A stretch of DNA of 64,000 nucleotides, taken from IMG/VR virus record IMGVR_UViG_3300035185_000031. One strand, 5' to 3'. The notes under the pieces were generated by a model. That model was not told where the DNA came from. It worked only from the letters and a program-made list of their open reading frames with translations, and searched no databases. Position numbers and translations under genes: made by a program. Within the stretch, counting starts at the first letter, position 1. Every line of letters begins with the position of its first letter. Source of the DNA: an uncultured virus (IMG/VR IMGVR_UViG_3300035185_000031). Its lineage: Duplodnaviria > Heunggongvirae > Uroviricota > Caudoviricetes. Shown here piece after piece: positions 1-9,406 of this stretch.

Positions 1-235
1 TCTCCTGCTCCAGCTCGGCCTTCTTCAACCAGCGCTGCGCCTGCTCCAGAGCAGACAGCGCCAGGAAGAAGTGCTGCTTGGTTCTCTCCTCTGCCCCGTT
101 CTCGTCCACGTCGCACATGAAGTCCTTGCGGAGCCGTTCCACACGCTGCTGCATCACACGCAGCGCACGGACCTCTCGCAGAAACAGATCCTCAGGGTCC
201 CACTTCGGTGCTGCTCTCTCCTGTGAACGATTCAC
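1..235 (-). CDS. Hypothetical protein, runs off the window edge (VNRSQERAAPKWDPEDLF...)
   Basis: Open frame from GTG at 235 to the window start; AAGGAG RBS upstream. Confidence 0.6.
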   Translation of the reverse strand, partial: MNRSQERAAPKWDPEDLFLREVRALRVMQQRVERLRKDFMCDVDENGAEERTKQHFFLALSALEQAQRWLKKAELEQE

Positions 236-440
236 ATCCGCTCCTTTAGGTCTGTGCTTCTGCCATTCGAGCAAGCGTCCGAGCTGGTAGTTAGACAGCT
301 TGTTGTCTCGCACGTTCTCGATAAGTCCGGCCGCACCCAGCGCGCCAGTGGCAATGAGCGGTTCGGCTGCGTATTGACTCGCATGATGTCGGCACAGCTC
401 TGCGGCTTCGGTGAGTATGGCGTACCGCGGATCCTCAGAC

Positions 441-644
441 TCAGCCACGCTTCCTCCGATAGACGACGAACGTGCCCTCGGTCCCAATGTCCGCCCAAGC
501 CCGACGCCAGCCCTTTGCTTCCAGCTCCGCCTCGAACTCGGGAGTCACCTCCCCGATCTTCGTAGGGAACTCGCGCGTCATGTACTCGTAGCGAGGATGC
601 TGGAACACCACCTCCAACTCCGAGGGGTCGTACGGATTCAGCAT
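441..644 (-). CDS. Hypothetical early protein
   Basis: MLNPYDPSELEVVFQHPRY...; AGGGAG RBS. Confidence 0.6.
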   Translation of the reverse strand: MLNPYDPSELEVVFQHPRYEYMTREFPTKIGEVTPEFEAELEAKGWRRAWADIGTEGTFVVYRRKRG

Positions 645-827
645 TCGTTTTCTCCCTGAGCGCACAGCTTTCGGCTCTCTCGGCGAGCGCGGCTCCGTAG
701 AGCAGCCTTCACCCTGCGACCCGAAGACGTACCCCTACGTCGGTAGTGCGCCTTGGCGCCGCAACAGCCGTAGAGGCAGGTGAGACAGTCGTATCGTTTG
801 GATCCGTACAGGTGCATCGTCTTCTCC

Positions 828-1169
828 CTATCGGAGGTACACCCCGCCGTGTTCGGTCACACCATTCAGCCCGAACGCCTTGTCGTAGACGTTGCCCCGT
901 GCGTGCTTGGCCGGGGCCTTCCACGAGGCTGCCTTGAGCACGTCCCCGTTGGTTTGGTCCACGAAACAGTAGACCCGACGTCCGCCGCCCGTTCTGTCTC
1001 CGCTGACAGCGATCACCTTGACGTACCGCTTCCCGAACGACACCGTCAGCTTGTCCGCCTCCAGGGTCGGAAAGTGCTTGGCGTAGTGTTCGTTGATCTT
1101 CCGCTGAGCCCCGGCCACGAACTCCGTCAGCGCTTCCTCGAAGGAGGGCTTCTCCGCAGGCTCGCTCAT
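828..1169 (-). CDS. Conserved phage hypothetical protein (GKRYVKV...FVD..GDVLKAASWKAPAKHARGN family)
   Basis: Motif I recall from T4-like/cyanophage hypothetical proteins; GGAGG RBS. Confidence 0.75.
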   Translation of the reverse strand: MSEPAEKPSFEEALTEFVAGAQRKINEHYAKHFPTLEADKLTVSFGKRYVKVIAVSGDRTGGGRRVYCFVDQTNGDVLKAASWKAPAKHARGNVYDKAFGLNGVTEHGGVYLR

Positions 1170-1363
1170 GCCGCCCTCCGGTTCGCTGCACGCTGCTGCT
1201 CCTGACGCTTCTCGTCGTCCGCCAGTAGCTGGACCCGGTCGACGTGGAACGAGGCCCGCTTGCCACTGGGGCTCTTGCAGGGCACCCCCGGCCACGCCTT
1301 GCAACAAGGGCAGGTGAAAGCGATGGATACGACTTTGGGGCTCCGGGTCTTGGGGTAGGTCAT
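1166..1363 (-). CDS. Small zinc-finger protein
   Basis: CPCC...C...H motif; first gene behind the promoter at 1385-1432. Confidence 0.65.
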   Translation of the reverse strand: MTYPKTRSPKVVSIAFTCPCCKAWPGVPCKSPSGKRASFHVDRVQLLADDEKRQEQQRAANRRAA

Positions 1364-1384
1364 CTCGTCCGTCCTTCTGATCTA

Positions 1385-1432
1385 AAGGTATCGCATAGAG
1401 ACGGCATGGTCAAGAGAGAAACGGATCTTTTT
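1385..1432 (-). promoter_or_regulatory. Early-type promoter cassette, copy 1
   Basis: AAAAAGATCCG-8bp-TTGACC-17bp-TACCTT, then GAAGGA RBS. Confidence 0.8.
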
Positions 1433-1489
1433 TGATCTCCTCCTCCTCCGAAAAGGCGCGCGCGGCAGGCAAAACTCCCTAGCCCCTCG

Positions 1490-1509
1490 ATACGTCCACA
1501 TGGACGCAT
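1490..1509. repeat. Dispersed palindrome, copy 1 (ATACGTCCACATGGACGCAT)
   Basis: Matches the 7-copy ATGCGTCCAYATGGACGCAT family. Confidence 0.85.
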
Positions 1510-1811
1510 CAACCTTTTTGACCGGCGAAGCCCGAGATCTGCTCGTGCCCTGAGCCACCGTGCATCTTCTCGGCTCCCGGTCCGTACCAGCGGTCGTGGG
1601 GGTTGCTCTGAAAGCCCCGTACCTTGCGCTCAGGCGCGCGCTCCGCGAGCTTCAGCTCCCAGACGGCCAGCTGAGCCTTGAGCTTGTGCGGGCTGCTACC
1701 GAGGCTCCTACAGAGCCGCAGCAGTTCCTGGTGTGTGTAGGTAGTGCGCTCGTCGTCCCAGAGCCACTCGACGAAGCTCTCGATGCTGGCGTACTCAGGC
1801 TCTACGGCCAT
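1509..1811 (-). CDS. Hypothetical protein
   Basis: 100-aa ORF overlapping its upstream neighbour. Confidence 0.65.
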   Translation of the reverse strand: MAVEPEYASIESFVEWLWDDERTTYTHQELLRLCRSLGSSPHKLKAQLAVWELKLAERAPERKVRGFQSNPHDRWYGPGAEKMHGGSGHEQISGFAGQKG

Positions 1812-2061
1812 CCCGGTCTTCTTGGCTGCGCTGCACGAGCTTCCACCCTACCTCTACCGCACGGGGAAGGGACAGGCGCAGGAACCGACCTCGGTTCTGC
1901 TCGTTGAGCTTGTCGGCGATCGACAGCAGCATGTTCGCCGTGACGACATCGACCACGAAGCCCTCGATCTCAGTCGCCTGGTGCTCCTTGAGGATCCATC
2001 GCAGGCGTTCCTCACGGGAAGCCTGGGACGACAGCTCGGACACGGGTGCATGCAGATCCAT
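1795..2061 (-). CDS. Hypothetical protein
   Basis: 88-aa ORF, TGATG-coupled to the upstream gene. Confidence 0.65.
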   Translation of the reverse strand: MDLHAPVSELSSQASREERLRWILKEHQATEIEGFVVDVVTANMLLSIADKLNEQNRGRFLRLSLPRAVEVGWKLVQRSQEDRDGRRA

Positions 2062-2231
2062 CAGAACCCCACCACGAGGCAGGAGCCGTCAGGAATCGGG
2101 TGCTGGGGGTTGGCCTTGTTCACCGCGCGCAGCGCCTGCTCCAGCGAAACCCGAGGCTGCCCCTCGTCGTTGCACGAACACCAAGCCAGAACCGACCGGC
2201 CGTTGATGGTGATGAGTGTGAGCTTCTCCAT
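2061..2231 (-). CDS. Small hypothetical protein (56 aa, MEKLTLITINGRSVLAWCSC...)
   Basis: Translated by hand, below the ORF-track cutoff; GAAGGAACAAGGAC-ATG start region. Confidence 0.65.
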   Translation of the reverse strand: MEKLTLITINGRSVLAWCSCNDEGQPRVSLEQALRAVNKANPQHPIPDGSCLVVGF

Positions 2232-2243
2232 GTCCTTGTTCCT

Positions 2244-2420
2244 TCAGAGAGCCGAGACGTTCGAACACGAGGGGATGATGCAACCCCGAGCGTTGCGCAC
2301 AACGACCGTACGGCCCTGGGCGATGAGCTTCGCTGCCTTGTCCCGGATCTTCTCCCCGTCCCCCCACTCGCGTGGGTCGACTGTGCGAAAAGTAACCAGA
2401 GTCAGTGACCAGTTCTCCAT
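2244..2420 (-). CDS. Small hypothetical protein (58 aa, MENWSLTLVTFRTVDPREW...)
   Basis: Translated by hand; same RBS/start block as 2061-2231; directly behind promoter copy 2. Confidence 0.65.
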   Translation of the reverse strand: MENWSLTLVTFRTVDPREWGDGEKIRDKAAKLIAQGRTVVVRNARGCIIPSCSNVSAL

Positions 2421-2441
2421 GTCCTTGTTCCTTCTGATCTA

Positions 2442-2489
2442 AATGTATCGCATAGGAACTGGATGGTCAAGAGGCAATCGGATCTTTTT
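2442..2489 (-). promoter_or_regulatory. Early-type promoter cassette, copy 2
   Basis: AAAAAGATCCG-8bp-TTGACC-17bp-TACATT. Confidence 0.8.
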
Positions 2490-2712
2490 CTGGGGCGTAG
2501 GTGTAGGCCAGCTTCCGGCACTCTCCGTCCGACCACTCGTCCCACACGACAGCGAGCCCCTTGTCGGGGTTCTTTGCCCGCAGGTCCGCCACCGCGCGTG
2601 CCACCCGCTCCGTGTCCTGCTTGGTGAAGCACACCGCAGCGACCAGCTCGGCCTTCTGCCCCTCGACAGCAGCGTAGACCATCATGGGCAGAGGATCCAA
2701 AAAGACGCTCAT
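2467..2712 (-). CDS. Hypothetical protein
   Basis: MSVFLDPLPMMVYAAVEG...; AAGGAG RBS. Confidence 0.55.
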   Translation of the reverse strand: MSVFLDPLPMMVYAAVEGQKAELVAAVCFTKQDTERVARAVADLRAKNPDKGLAVVWDEWSDGECRKLAYTYAPEKDPIAS

Positions 2713-2726
2713 CGGCTCCGTCTCCT

Positions 2727-2909
2727 TCAGGCCGCCTTGCAGGCCCTCATGTAGGCATCGACCAGGGGAACCCCACGCCACACGAGACTGCGACGCAGAT
2801 CTTCCCGGCGCTCGTCCAGACTCAAAGGAGCCGGCTCGGGACGCAACACAGCTCGGTGCCACCGACCGCTCTCCCTCCAACTCACCTGAACCTCGCCAAC
2901 CTCGATCAT
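2727..2909 (-). CDS. Hypothetical protein
   Basis: MIEVGEVQVSW...; first gene behind promoter copy 3. Confidence 0.55.
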   Translation of the reverse strand: MIEVGEVQVSWRESGRWHRAVLRPEPAPLSLDERREDLRRSLVWRGVPLVDAYMRACKAA

Positions 2910-2931
2910 GCCCTTCGTTCCTTCCACAACC

Positions 2932-2988
2932 AACGTATGACATAGGAACTGGATGGTCAAGGAGTTCAGAGAGAAAACGGATCTTTTT
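2932..2988 (-). promoter_or_regulatory. Early-type promoter cassette, copy 3
   Basis: AAAAAGATCCG-17bp-TTGACC-17bp-TACGTT. Confidence 0.8.
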
Positions 2989-3180
2989 CTCAGGCGGCCT
3001 CTGCGTGCTGCGCAAACTCCCTTGCTCCCGCCGCCGCTTTGCTCGATCCTTTTCCCATCGTGCCCCCTCCTCAAGAGCCCGACGCCTTCCTCCTCATCTG
3101 GCTGCCGCTCCTGCTCGCGCTCGGCATCATGTTCTACATGCTCTACCGCGCCTTCCAGTACTTCGGGGTATGATGGCCCG

Positions 3181-3435
3181 ATGATACAGGGTCTACGGCA
3201 GGGCACGCGCTTCAGGGTTTCCGAGGAGGATCGCCGATGTCGGCGTTGTGGCCTCTTCGTACGGGACGCGGCTCATGTCTGCACGCACGGGGTGCTGTGC
3301 TGTGAGGATCCAAAGCGTTGGCGCTTGGGGTTTTTCGAGCGGGAGGCTGCGAAGTGCAAGGATTGCCGGGAGTCTCAGCCCAGCAAGGACAAGATCCCAT
3401 CGAGCCGTGCCAGCGCTCTCCGTAGCGAATCCTGA
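3181..3435 (+). CDS. Cys-rich hypothetical protein
   Basis: CxxC pairs; TATGAT 6 nt before the ATG (leaderless). Confidence 0.45.
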   Translation: MIQGLRQGTRFRVSEEDRRCRRCGLFVRDAAHVCTHGVLCCEDPKRWRLGFFEREAAKCKDCRESQPSKDKIPSSRASALRSES

Positions 3436-3518
3436 AGAGCGCGTCTGCGCTGCCGCTCCTCCTCCAACTCCCCGAGGACAGCCAGCAGCTTCTCACGTGT
3501 GATCTCCAGCTCGGACAT
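3375..3518 (-). CDS. Small coiled-coil protein
   Basis: MSELEITREKLLAVLGELEEERQRR...; TGGTACGCT 6 nt upstream. Confidence 0.5.
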   Translation of the reverse strand: MSELEITREKLLAVLGELEEERQRRRALQDSLRRALARLDGILSLLG

Positions 3519-4272
3519 CCCCGCAGCGTACCACCCCAAAACTCCCGCCCCGCGTTGTGACGACACAACACCCGCAGGGCCTCCTGTTACATTTGCAACC
3601 GTAACACCCGGGCAACCTCGGCCCTCCCCTTCTCTGCGTAGATCTACGCACGAGCTGCGTGAATTCACGCACCGCCCGCGAGCCCAGCAAAACTCCCACC
3701 GCTCCAGAGGGTAGAGATCGTTCCCCCACCGTAAGATTCGTTCCCCTGAGCCAACGATTCGTTCCCGGGGGCAAATTCGTCCGCAGATTTGCCCCCCGGA
3801 TATGCAGACGGGAGTTTTCCGATCCAAAGTTTCCGTCGGACTTTGGGATCGAGCCCCTCCTCTGCGACACAGCCCGTCGCACCTCCCTCCAATTGGAGTT
3901 CGAGCGCCTCCAAGAGGACGGCGGACCTACACCAACGCCTTTCGTGGTCCATTCTCGGCGTTCGAGGGACGTTGGAGCAGGTTTTTGATCCGTTTGGCAT
4001 GCTTCTGTCCAAAAGACCCCCCACCCCCTCTGCTTCAGGAAAACTCCAGAAGGCAGGCACCACAGGGGTTCGAACAGGATACAGGGGTTCGGTCCCGAAG
4101 AGGTTCAGGCAGACCCGGTACGGTGACTCGAAGGTGGTGCCGAAGCAGGGATCTGAACACCCTCGAAACACCTAGCGCTCACCTACTACGAAGCCCCTTG
4201 TTCTATGCAGGTTGAAGCGTGTTTTGGAGATCGCGCGATCCCCCTGAAAACCCCGACCATGATCTAAGCACC

Positions 4273-4292
4273 GAGCGTCCATATGGACGCTG
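4273..4292. repeat. Dispersed palindrome, copy 2 (AGCGTCCATATGGACGCT core)
   Basis: 18-bp perfect palindrome. Confidence 0.85.
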
Positions 4293-4345
4293 AATGGATC
4301 TTAGGATCCAAGTACTACGGGGGCTCTGTGATAGACTCGGTCCCC

Positions 4346-4618
4346 ATGGCGAAGGAACAACTCCCCGAGACTATCACCTGTCCCTACTGCCAGAAGAAGA
4401 TCGAGGCCGCGCTCACCTTCTCCGGCTCTCTCTACTGCTCGGGGTGTGGGGGCGAGGTTCGGGTCGAGCTTCCGTTGGGGGCCGAGACTGAGGGCAAGGT
4501 TACGGCCGAGGGGATCGTGGCCGAGCTACGGAAGCTCTGTCCCCACGCCCGGATTACTCGGGCGCTAGGGCCGGACGGCAAGTGGGTCACCTACTTCGAC
4601 ATGGGGGAGCCCAACTAG
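4346..4618 (+). CDS. Zinc-ribbon protein
   Basis: CPYC...CSGC; TGTGATAGACT 8 nt upstream. Confidence 0.6.
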   Translation: MAKEQLPETITCPYCQKKIEAALTFSGSLYCSGCGGEVRVELPLGAETEGKVTAEGIVAELRKLCPHARITRALGPDGKWVTYFDMGEPN

Positions 4619-4635
4619 GGGACACGGGGGCGTCG

Positions 4636-4905
4636 ATGGTGCACCTGTTGATCGTCGAGGGAGAAGCTCCTCAGCTCCAAGAAGCCATTCGGTTCCTCCG
4701 CGAGCACTCGGAAGGTTGGGCGCAAGTAAGATCGAACGTGTGGTTGATCGCGGGAAACCTGAACGCTAGGGAACTGCGGGACGCTATTGGATCTTGTGGG
4801 GTTCAGAGCGTCGCTCTGGAGCTACAGGGATCATGGGCCTCCTGCGCATCCTTCTCCACAGTCACCTCTTGGTTGGTAGGGGCAAGATCCTTTTTTGGGC
4901 AGTAG
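4636..4905 (+). CDS. Small hypothetical protein, possibly ferredoxin-like fold
   Basis: Beta-alpha-beta pattern (W.QVRSNVWLI...A.ELRDAI). Confidence 0.5.
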   Translation: MVHLLIVEGEAPQLQEAIRFLREHSEGWAQVRSNVWLIAGNLNARELRDAIGSCGVQSVALELQGSWASCASFSTVTSWLVGARSFFGQ

Positions 4906-5253
4906 TGGCGCAGGTCGTTCCGTACGTCAGGGGCTCGGGCTGGCGAAGCGACACCTCTGTAGGGTATCCTGCGAAGCGAATGGAAGCCGTAGCGACTGCG
5001 TTGATCTTTGGGGGCCTGGGAGCGCTCGGGGGCTTGGTGCTCGGACCGATCGAGGAACGTGTACGGGCTTGGATCTGGACTCGCTGGACTGAAAGGACTC
5101 TGCGCTCATGATGATCCTAGGCGGCTCTCAACCGACCACCTGCCCGTGCTGCGGCTACCCCTGGCTCTCCTTGCCCAGGACGTGCCGCTACTACTCGCCT
5201 CCGCAGCGCACCCTCTTCGTGCCTCCGCCTCCTCGAAAGAGACGCAAGAGCCG

Positions 5254-5520
5254 ATGTTCGTAGACACGGATCGATTGCTTCGAGTGCACGGGGTTAGCAC
5301 CGAGGACTGGGCCGAGCGCCATGGGCTCCTCCCCTTCTCCACGCCCTGCTACGTGTGCGGCGCCATGCTCACGACTTCGATCCCTTTCGCCAGTGGCGAG
5401 TACCGAGGGCTCGTTGCTCCCAACTGCGAGTGCGGTGACGATCGCCCTCCCTACTGCTTGGTGAGAGACCCGCGGTACGGCGATCTACTGGCACCTCGTT
5501 CTCCGGAGGACGCATGCTGA
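5254..5520 (+). CDS. Zinc-binding hypothetical protein
   Basis: CYVC...CEC. Confidence 0.5.
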   Translation: MFVDTDRLLRVHGVSTEDWAERHGLLPFSTPCYVCGAMLTTSIPFASGEYRGLVAPNCECGDDRPPYCLVRDPRYGDLLAPRSPEDAC

Positions 5521-5930
5521 GCAAGTTGATCTCGGAAGGACGCGCGAGTCTACGGCAGACGGAGGGGAAGGACGATCCTGTCTTCCTCTCCTACGACGAC
5601 GCGAGGGCCTGGATCGACCAGAAGATCAAGGAGCAGGGGAAGAACCAGTTCCTATCGAGCGACGAGTACAAGAGGGTCGCGCCCTACATTCGTGATCTGC
5701 ACAAGAAGGCTCGTGGGGAGTGGGCCGCGGGCAGGGAAAGCGACATGCGCAAGCGGGGGCTCGACTACGGCGATCGAGTCCATCTGAGTCTGGTGAGCCC
5801 CTTCGGGTTTGCGGACGTGTTGGAGGGCGAGATCGTAAAGAGAGGCGGGGCGCCCTACGTACGGTTGGACGAGCCTTTCCAGGGTCGGCGCGAGGTTCGG
5901 TGGCACCGAGGCTGGCTTCCGTTCGAGTAG
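5514..5930 (+). CDS. Putative internal virion protein (MLSKLISE leader)
   Basis: Leader shared with 6591-7241 and 41847-42737; GGAGG RBS. Confidence 0.6.
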   Translation: MLSKLISEGRASLRQTEGKDDPVFLSYDDARAWIDQKIKEQGKNQFLSSDEYKRVAPYIRDLHKKARGEWAAGRESDMRKRGLDYGDRVHLSLVSPFGFADVLEGEIVKRGGAPYVRLDEPFQGRREVRWHRGWLPFE

Positions 5931-6016
5931 AAGGTCCTGAAGGTAGACCCGATCGCGTGCCCCTCTGGGATTGTCAAGCGAACGTACGACCAAAGCCCGT
6001 ACGTCCACCTTGGGGC

Positions 6017-6397
6017 TCAGGCCGAGAGCTTGACGAATGTCTGGCGCAGGGACTGGAAGAGCACATCCGTACCGAGATCGGGGAATTCACGCTTGGTCCC
6101 TTTGGCGATGCGATCGAGAGCCGACAAGGGAACGGAACCTTCACGCGCTTCTTTCGCCAAAGCGTTCTGAATGCTGGTGACGAGCTGACGTGTCTGGGGA
6201 AACTGAGCACGCAGAGCATCCATGACGTGGTTGACCACGGGCATCGGGATCTCTTGCGACTTCTTGGACTTGGGCTTCAACTTGGCAAGGAAGGCCGCTG
6301 CGAGATCTCCAAATCCCTCGTCCAGAGAGTTGCCCGACTCCGAGAGTCGTGCGCGCTGAACCATCGCGTAGCCTTCTTGGATCGCTTTCTTGTCCAT
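6017..6397 (-). CDS. Putative internal virion protein (MDKKAIQEGY leader)
   Basis: First 10 aa identical to the ORF at 12755-13099; AAGGAG RBS. Confidence 0.7.
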   Translation of the reverse strand: MDKKAIQEGYAMVQRARLSESGNSLDEGFGDLAAAFLAKLKPKSKKSQEIPMPVVNHVMDALRAQFPQTRQLVTSIQNALAKEAREGSVPLSALDRIAKGTKREFPDLGTDVLFQSLRQTFVKLSA

Positions 6398-6590
6398 CAC
6401 TAGATCTCCTTCGGAAGGAGCCACAAGGCTATCACAGACGGACGGTGCCGGGGGGCGTTGACGAGAGTCGCGCCCGAGCGAGATACTCCGAGGGAACTTC
6501 GCGCTGGAGGTCGAGGCCGCTCTCCCTGAGCGGAAACGGTAGCGATGGTGCTGCTCAGCTCCTAAAGGCGCGCTTCGAGAGGAGCGCTCC

Positions 6591-7241
6591 ATGCTGACCG
6601 ACCTGATCCAAGAAGCCCGAGAGGCGCTGGACGAGAAGAAGATCAAGAGCAATGACCCGATGCCTCCGCGCACCCAAGCGAACGTGGAGGGGATGATGGC
6701 TTTGATCCGCGAGTGGAGGTCTCCGCACAGGGCAGCCGCCTTGAGGTTCGCTGAAGAGATCGAACCTCGGGAGCTGTTCACGCTGCTCCACAGCATGCGG
6801 CGCTGGTACTCGGGGCAGACGATGATGCGCAAGATCAAGTCGTACCGTCCTTACTTGGTCAAGGCCATGGACCTCGATCCGGACGACGTCGTGGGCGTCT
6901 ACCGAGGCTTCCACGTAGACCGCGACGATCCAATAGCGGCCAAGGAAGCGGGGGACCGATTCGATCTCCCTGTGACGAGGAACCGCGGCTTCTCCTCGTG
7001 GTCGCTCACCGAGGAACCCACGCACCGCTTCTCCGGAAGCTCGAAGGACAAGGCAGGCGTCATCGTCAGATTGATCGATGCTGCGGGGTTGGTTCCCGTG
7101 CTGGCTCCTCCGCAGAGGACGAGGGCCTGGTTCAACGCGCTCTACGCGCTAGTGATCGGAAACTCCTTCCGCCCGAAGGAGGAAGAGTACTTGATCTCGG
7201 GCTCACCGGCTCGCGTCGAAGTGGTTCAGATCAAACGCTGA
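6591..7241 (+). CDS. Putative ADP-ribosyltransferase (R-S-E class) with MLTDLIQE leader
   Basis: VYRG, FSSWS and EEEYL motifs in ARTC order. Confidence 0.7.
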   Translation: MLTDLIQEAREALDEKKIKSNDPMPPRTQANVEGMMALIREWRSPHRAAALRFAEEIEPRELFTLLHSMRRWYSGQTMMRKIKSYRPYLVKAMDLDPDDVVGVYRGFHVDRDDPIAAKEAGDRFDLPVTRNRGFSSWSLTEEPTHRFSGSSKDKAGVIVRLIDAAGLVPVLAPPQRTRAWFNALYALVIGNSFRPKEEEYLISGSPARVEVVQIKR

Positions 7242-7298
7242 AAGGGGAGGGACAGCGAGCTTGACAATCTTAAAAGGATGGGGTACTCCATCCGCCTT

Positions 7299-8117
7299 AT
7301 GTTGCCGACCAAGCAATTCCAGAGTGCGGGCCTGAAGCTTGCTGCGGCCAAGGCCCCGTTCGGGCAGGCGAGGAACGCGCACGTCTTCGGTCTGGACATC
7401 GAGGGCGACAGCTTTCGCATGTGGAAGCCCGAGCACGTGACCGCGCAGGTGCAGGCTCAGGACGCGAAGATGCGACAAGTGATCCTCACGGTGAAGGAGC
7501 CGGAGGCCACCTTCCGCGTCGAGATCCCCAAGCACTTGGTGATCCGTGGAGATCGAGAGATTCGACAGTTCAGGCGGGGGCGTTTGCCGATGGTCGAGGT
7601 GGAGCGCAAGACTTCGCGAGGGACTCGGCACTTCCTGTGCGGTGTGGACGAGCGAGATCATCCTTTCATCGCCCAGCTTCCGCAGGCGGCCACCAGCATC
7701 AAGGTGGCGCACGAGCTGCTCAAGCCCCCCGAGCTTCGGGGACAGCCGATCAGGGGGCACGGGAAGAACAGCCGGGTGAAGAGCCGCAAGGCCAAGACGG
7801 CGACCCGTCAGGGCGAGTGGTTCCTGATCGCTCTGGGCGAGGGAGAGTTGAAGCAGGTCGAGGAAGCGGTAGCGAAGGCGGGGGTGCTGAAGAACCGTCG
7901 TCTTGGCTTCGAGCCTCGGGGTATGGAGCGAGGCAAGCCCCACACGGCCGACGAAGTGATCATGTTCACCAAGGATGGGGATATGCGGCCGACGCTGTAC
8001 ATGCGGGGCAAGCTCCGCCACGTGGAGCACGCGACGCTGGACTTCCCAGACTGGGTACGAGTCGTGCGCAACACCGAGGCAGGTGGGGCGACGGCGGGCG
8101 CCACCTGGGTCGACTGA
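7299..8117 (+). CDS. Phage hypothetical protein
   Basis: 272-aa ORF; TTGACA-17-TACTCC promoter at 7261 favours the 7299 ATG. Confidence 0.7.
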   Translation: MLPTKQFQSAGLKLAAAKAPFGQARNAHVFGLDIEGDSFRMWKPEHVTAQVQAQDAKMRQVILTVKEPEATFRVEIPKHLVIRGDREIRQFRRGRLPMVEVERKTSRGTRHFLCGVDERDHPFIAQLPQAATSIKVAHELLKPPELRGQPIRGHGKNSRVKSRKAKTATRQGEWFLIALGEGELKQVEEAVAKAGVLKNRRLGFEPRGMERGKPHTADEVIMFTKDGDMRPTLYMRGKLRHVEHATLDFPDWVRVVRNTEAGGATAGATWVD

Positions 8118-8134
8118 GGGAGCCTCTCAAAGCA

Positions 8135-8156
8135 GATGCGTCCATATGGACGCATC
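8135..8156. repeat. Dispersed palindrome, copy 3 (GATGCGTCCATATGGACGCATC)
   Basis: Perfect 22-bp palindrome between convergent genes. Confidence 0.9.
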
Positions 8157-8159
8157 GGG

Positions 8160-8474
8160 CTACGCCACCTTCACCTTGAGAGCCCGCTTGAAGCGAGGAT
8201 CTCCGATGAGCTGGAAGGTGCCATCCTTGTTCGCTGCTAGGCGGAAGGTTTGCCCCGAGGACATCACCTCGCCCTTCTCCTTGATCTTGACCTCGTCGCC
8301 AACCTTGCCCCCTTGGAGCACCTTGGCGAGGACGCCCTTCCGGTACATGTCCGGTGGCCACGAACCGCGTCGAACGAGCACCTTGATCTCGGAGCCCGTG
8401 GGAAGCCCGGTAGTAGCCTCGATCAGGCCAGCCGCTTGACGAATGAGGCGGTGCACTTCCTCTAAACGAGCCAT
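8160..8474 (-). CDS. Putative internal virion protein (MARLEEVHRLIRQAAGLIE leader)
   Basis: Basic small protein; GGGGTAGGCT 7 nt before the ATG. Confidence 0.55.
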   Translation of the reverse strand: MARLEEVHRLIRQAAGLIEATTGLPTGSEIKVLVRRGSWPPDMYRKGVLAKVLQGGKVGDEVKIKEKGEVMSSGQTFRLAANKDGTFQLIGDPRFKRALKVKVA

Positions 8475-8783
8475 GGCCTCAAGCCTACCCCAACAGGGCT
8501 AGGAATCGAATCCCAAACTGTCAGACGGAAGGGAGTCTCTGCGTCTACGAGGCATGACGACGAAACGTGAGATTTGCCCCAAGTGCGGTAGGCCCCGTCT
8601 TACCTCGGAAGAGTGGGAAGGCTACGACGATCGATCGATGGAGGGCTGGTTCGGAGGTTGGGGAAGCCCCGACCCAAAACCCAGCCCCTACACCCGGGCT
8701 TGCCTCTGTTTGGACGGAGGGGCCTTCGGTGAAGAGGACGGAACGGATCCGTTGGCTGAGCTGGAAGCCGTCGGGCGCGAGGA

Positions 8784-9005
8784 CTAGTTCAGGTCGATGC
8801 GGATCCTCGCATCGCACCAATGGCACGAGAGCAGCCCGTGAGTGTCCGGCGTCGACTTCGACGTCTGGCCTAGCTCCACACCCCTCTTGCACTTGGGACA
8901 CACGATGAACCTGGCAGGCTCAGGCGCCAGGGGCGCTGTGTGCATCTCCCAAGCCAACCACACGGCAGCCAGGCCGAGGAGGACGGCAGGTATCAAGTAG
9001 ATCAC
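8784..9005 (-). CDS. Membrane-anchored zinc-ribbon protein
   Basis: N-terminal TM segment, CPKC...CHWC. Confidence 0.5.
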   Translation of the reverse strand: MIYLIPAVLLGLAAVWLAWEMHTAPLAPEPARFIVCPKCKRGVELGQTSKSTPDTHGLLSCHWCDARIRIDLN

Positions 9006-9406
9006 GAGAACCCGGCTGGATCTGTAGGCACGCCGTACGGCATCGCAATCACAGCCGCAACGTCGTGATCGAGCACTACCACCGAAGGGGCGTCTCCCTC
9101 GGTACGCAAGGCATCAGCAACTTCGGATCCGAAGAGAGCCTCCAGTGCATCCTCTATCCCGGAGCGATCTGCTAGACCCCGCGCAAATGGGATCTGCCCC
9201 TGGTCCCGATAGACCTGCCAGTCGTGGCCGGGCATCAGGGCCTCTGCCAGGAGAGCACCGTGGCGAGAGTCGACGTTGATCAAGACGATGACCACGTCCT
9301 TGCCCGTGAGACCCTTGATCTCCATGCGGTGGACGTAGTGAGCCACGCGCTCGGCTTGCATGGCGACAGTATTCTTGAGAGCTTCCTCTGCCTGACTACG
9401 ATTCAC
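9002..9406 (-). CDS. Hypothetical protein
   Basis: GTG start coupled to the upstream stop; 134 aa. Confidence 0.6.
   Translation of the reverse strand: MNRSQAEEALKNTVAMQAERVAHYVHRMEIKGLTGKDVVIVLINVDSRHGALLAEALMPGHDWQVYRDQGQIPFARGLADRSGIEDALEALFGSEVADALRTEGDAPSVVVLDHDVAAVIAMPYGVPTDPAGFS

Noticed and set aside
4090..4215. Intact tRNA gene
   Set aside because: Only a degenerate 3' end is present; I could not build the T-stem, D-arm or anticodon arm
4636..4905. Cas2 gene
   Set aside because: Only a generic small alpha/beta pattern, with no YD motif and no CRISPR context
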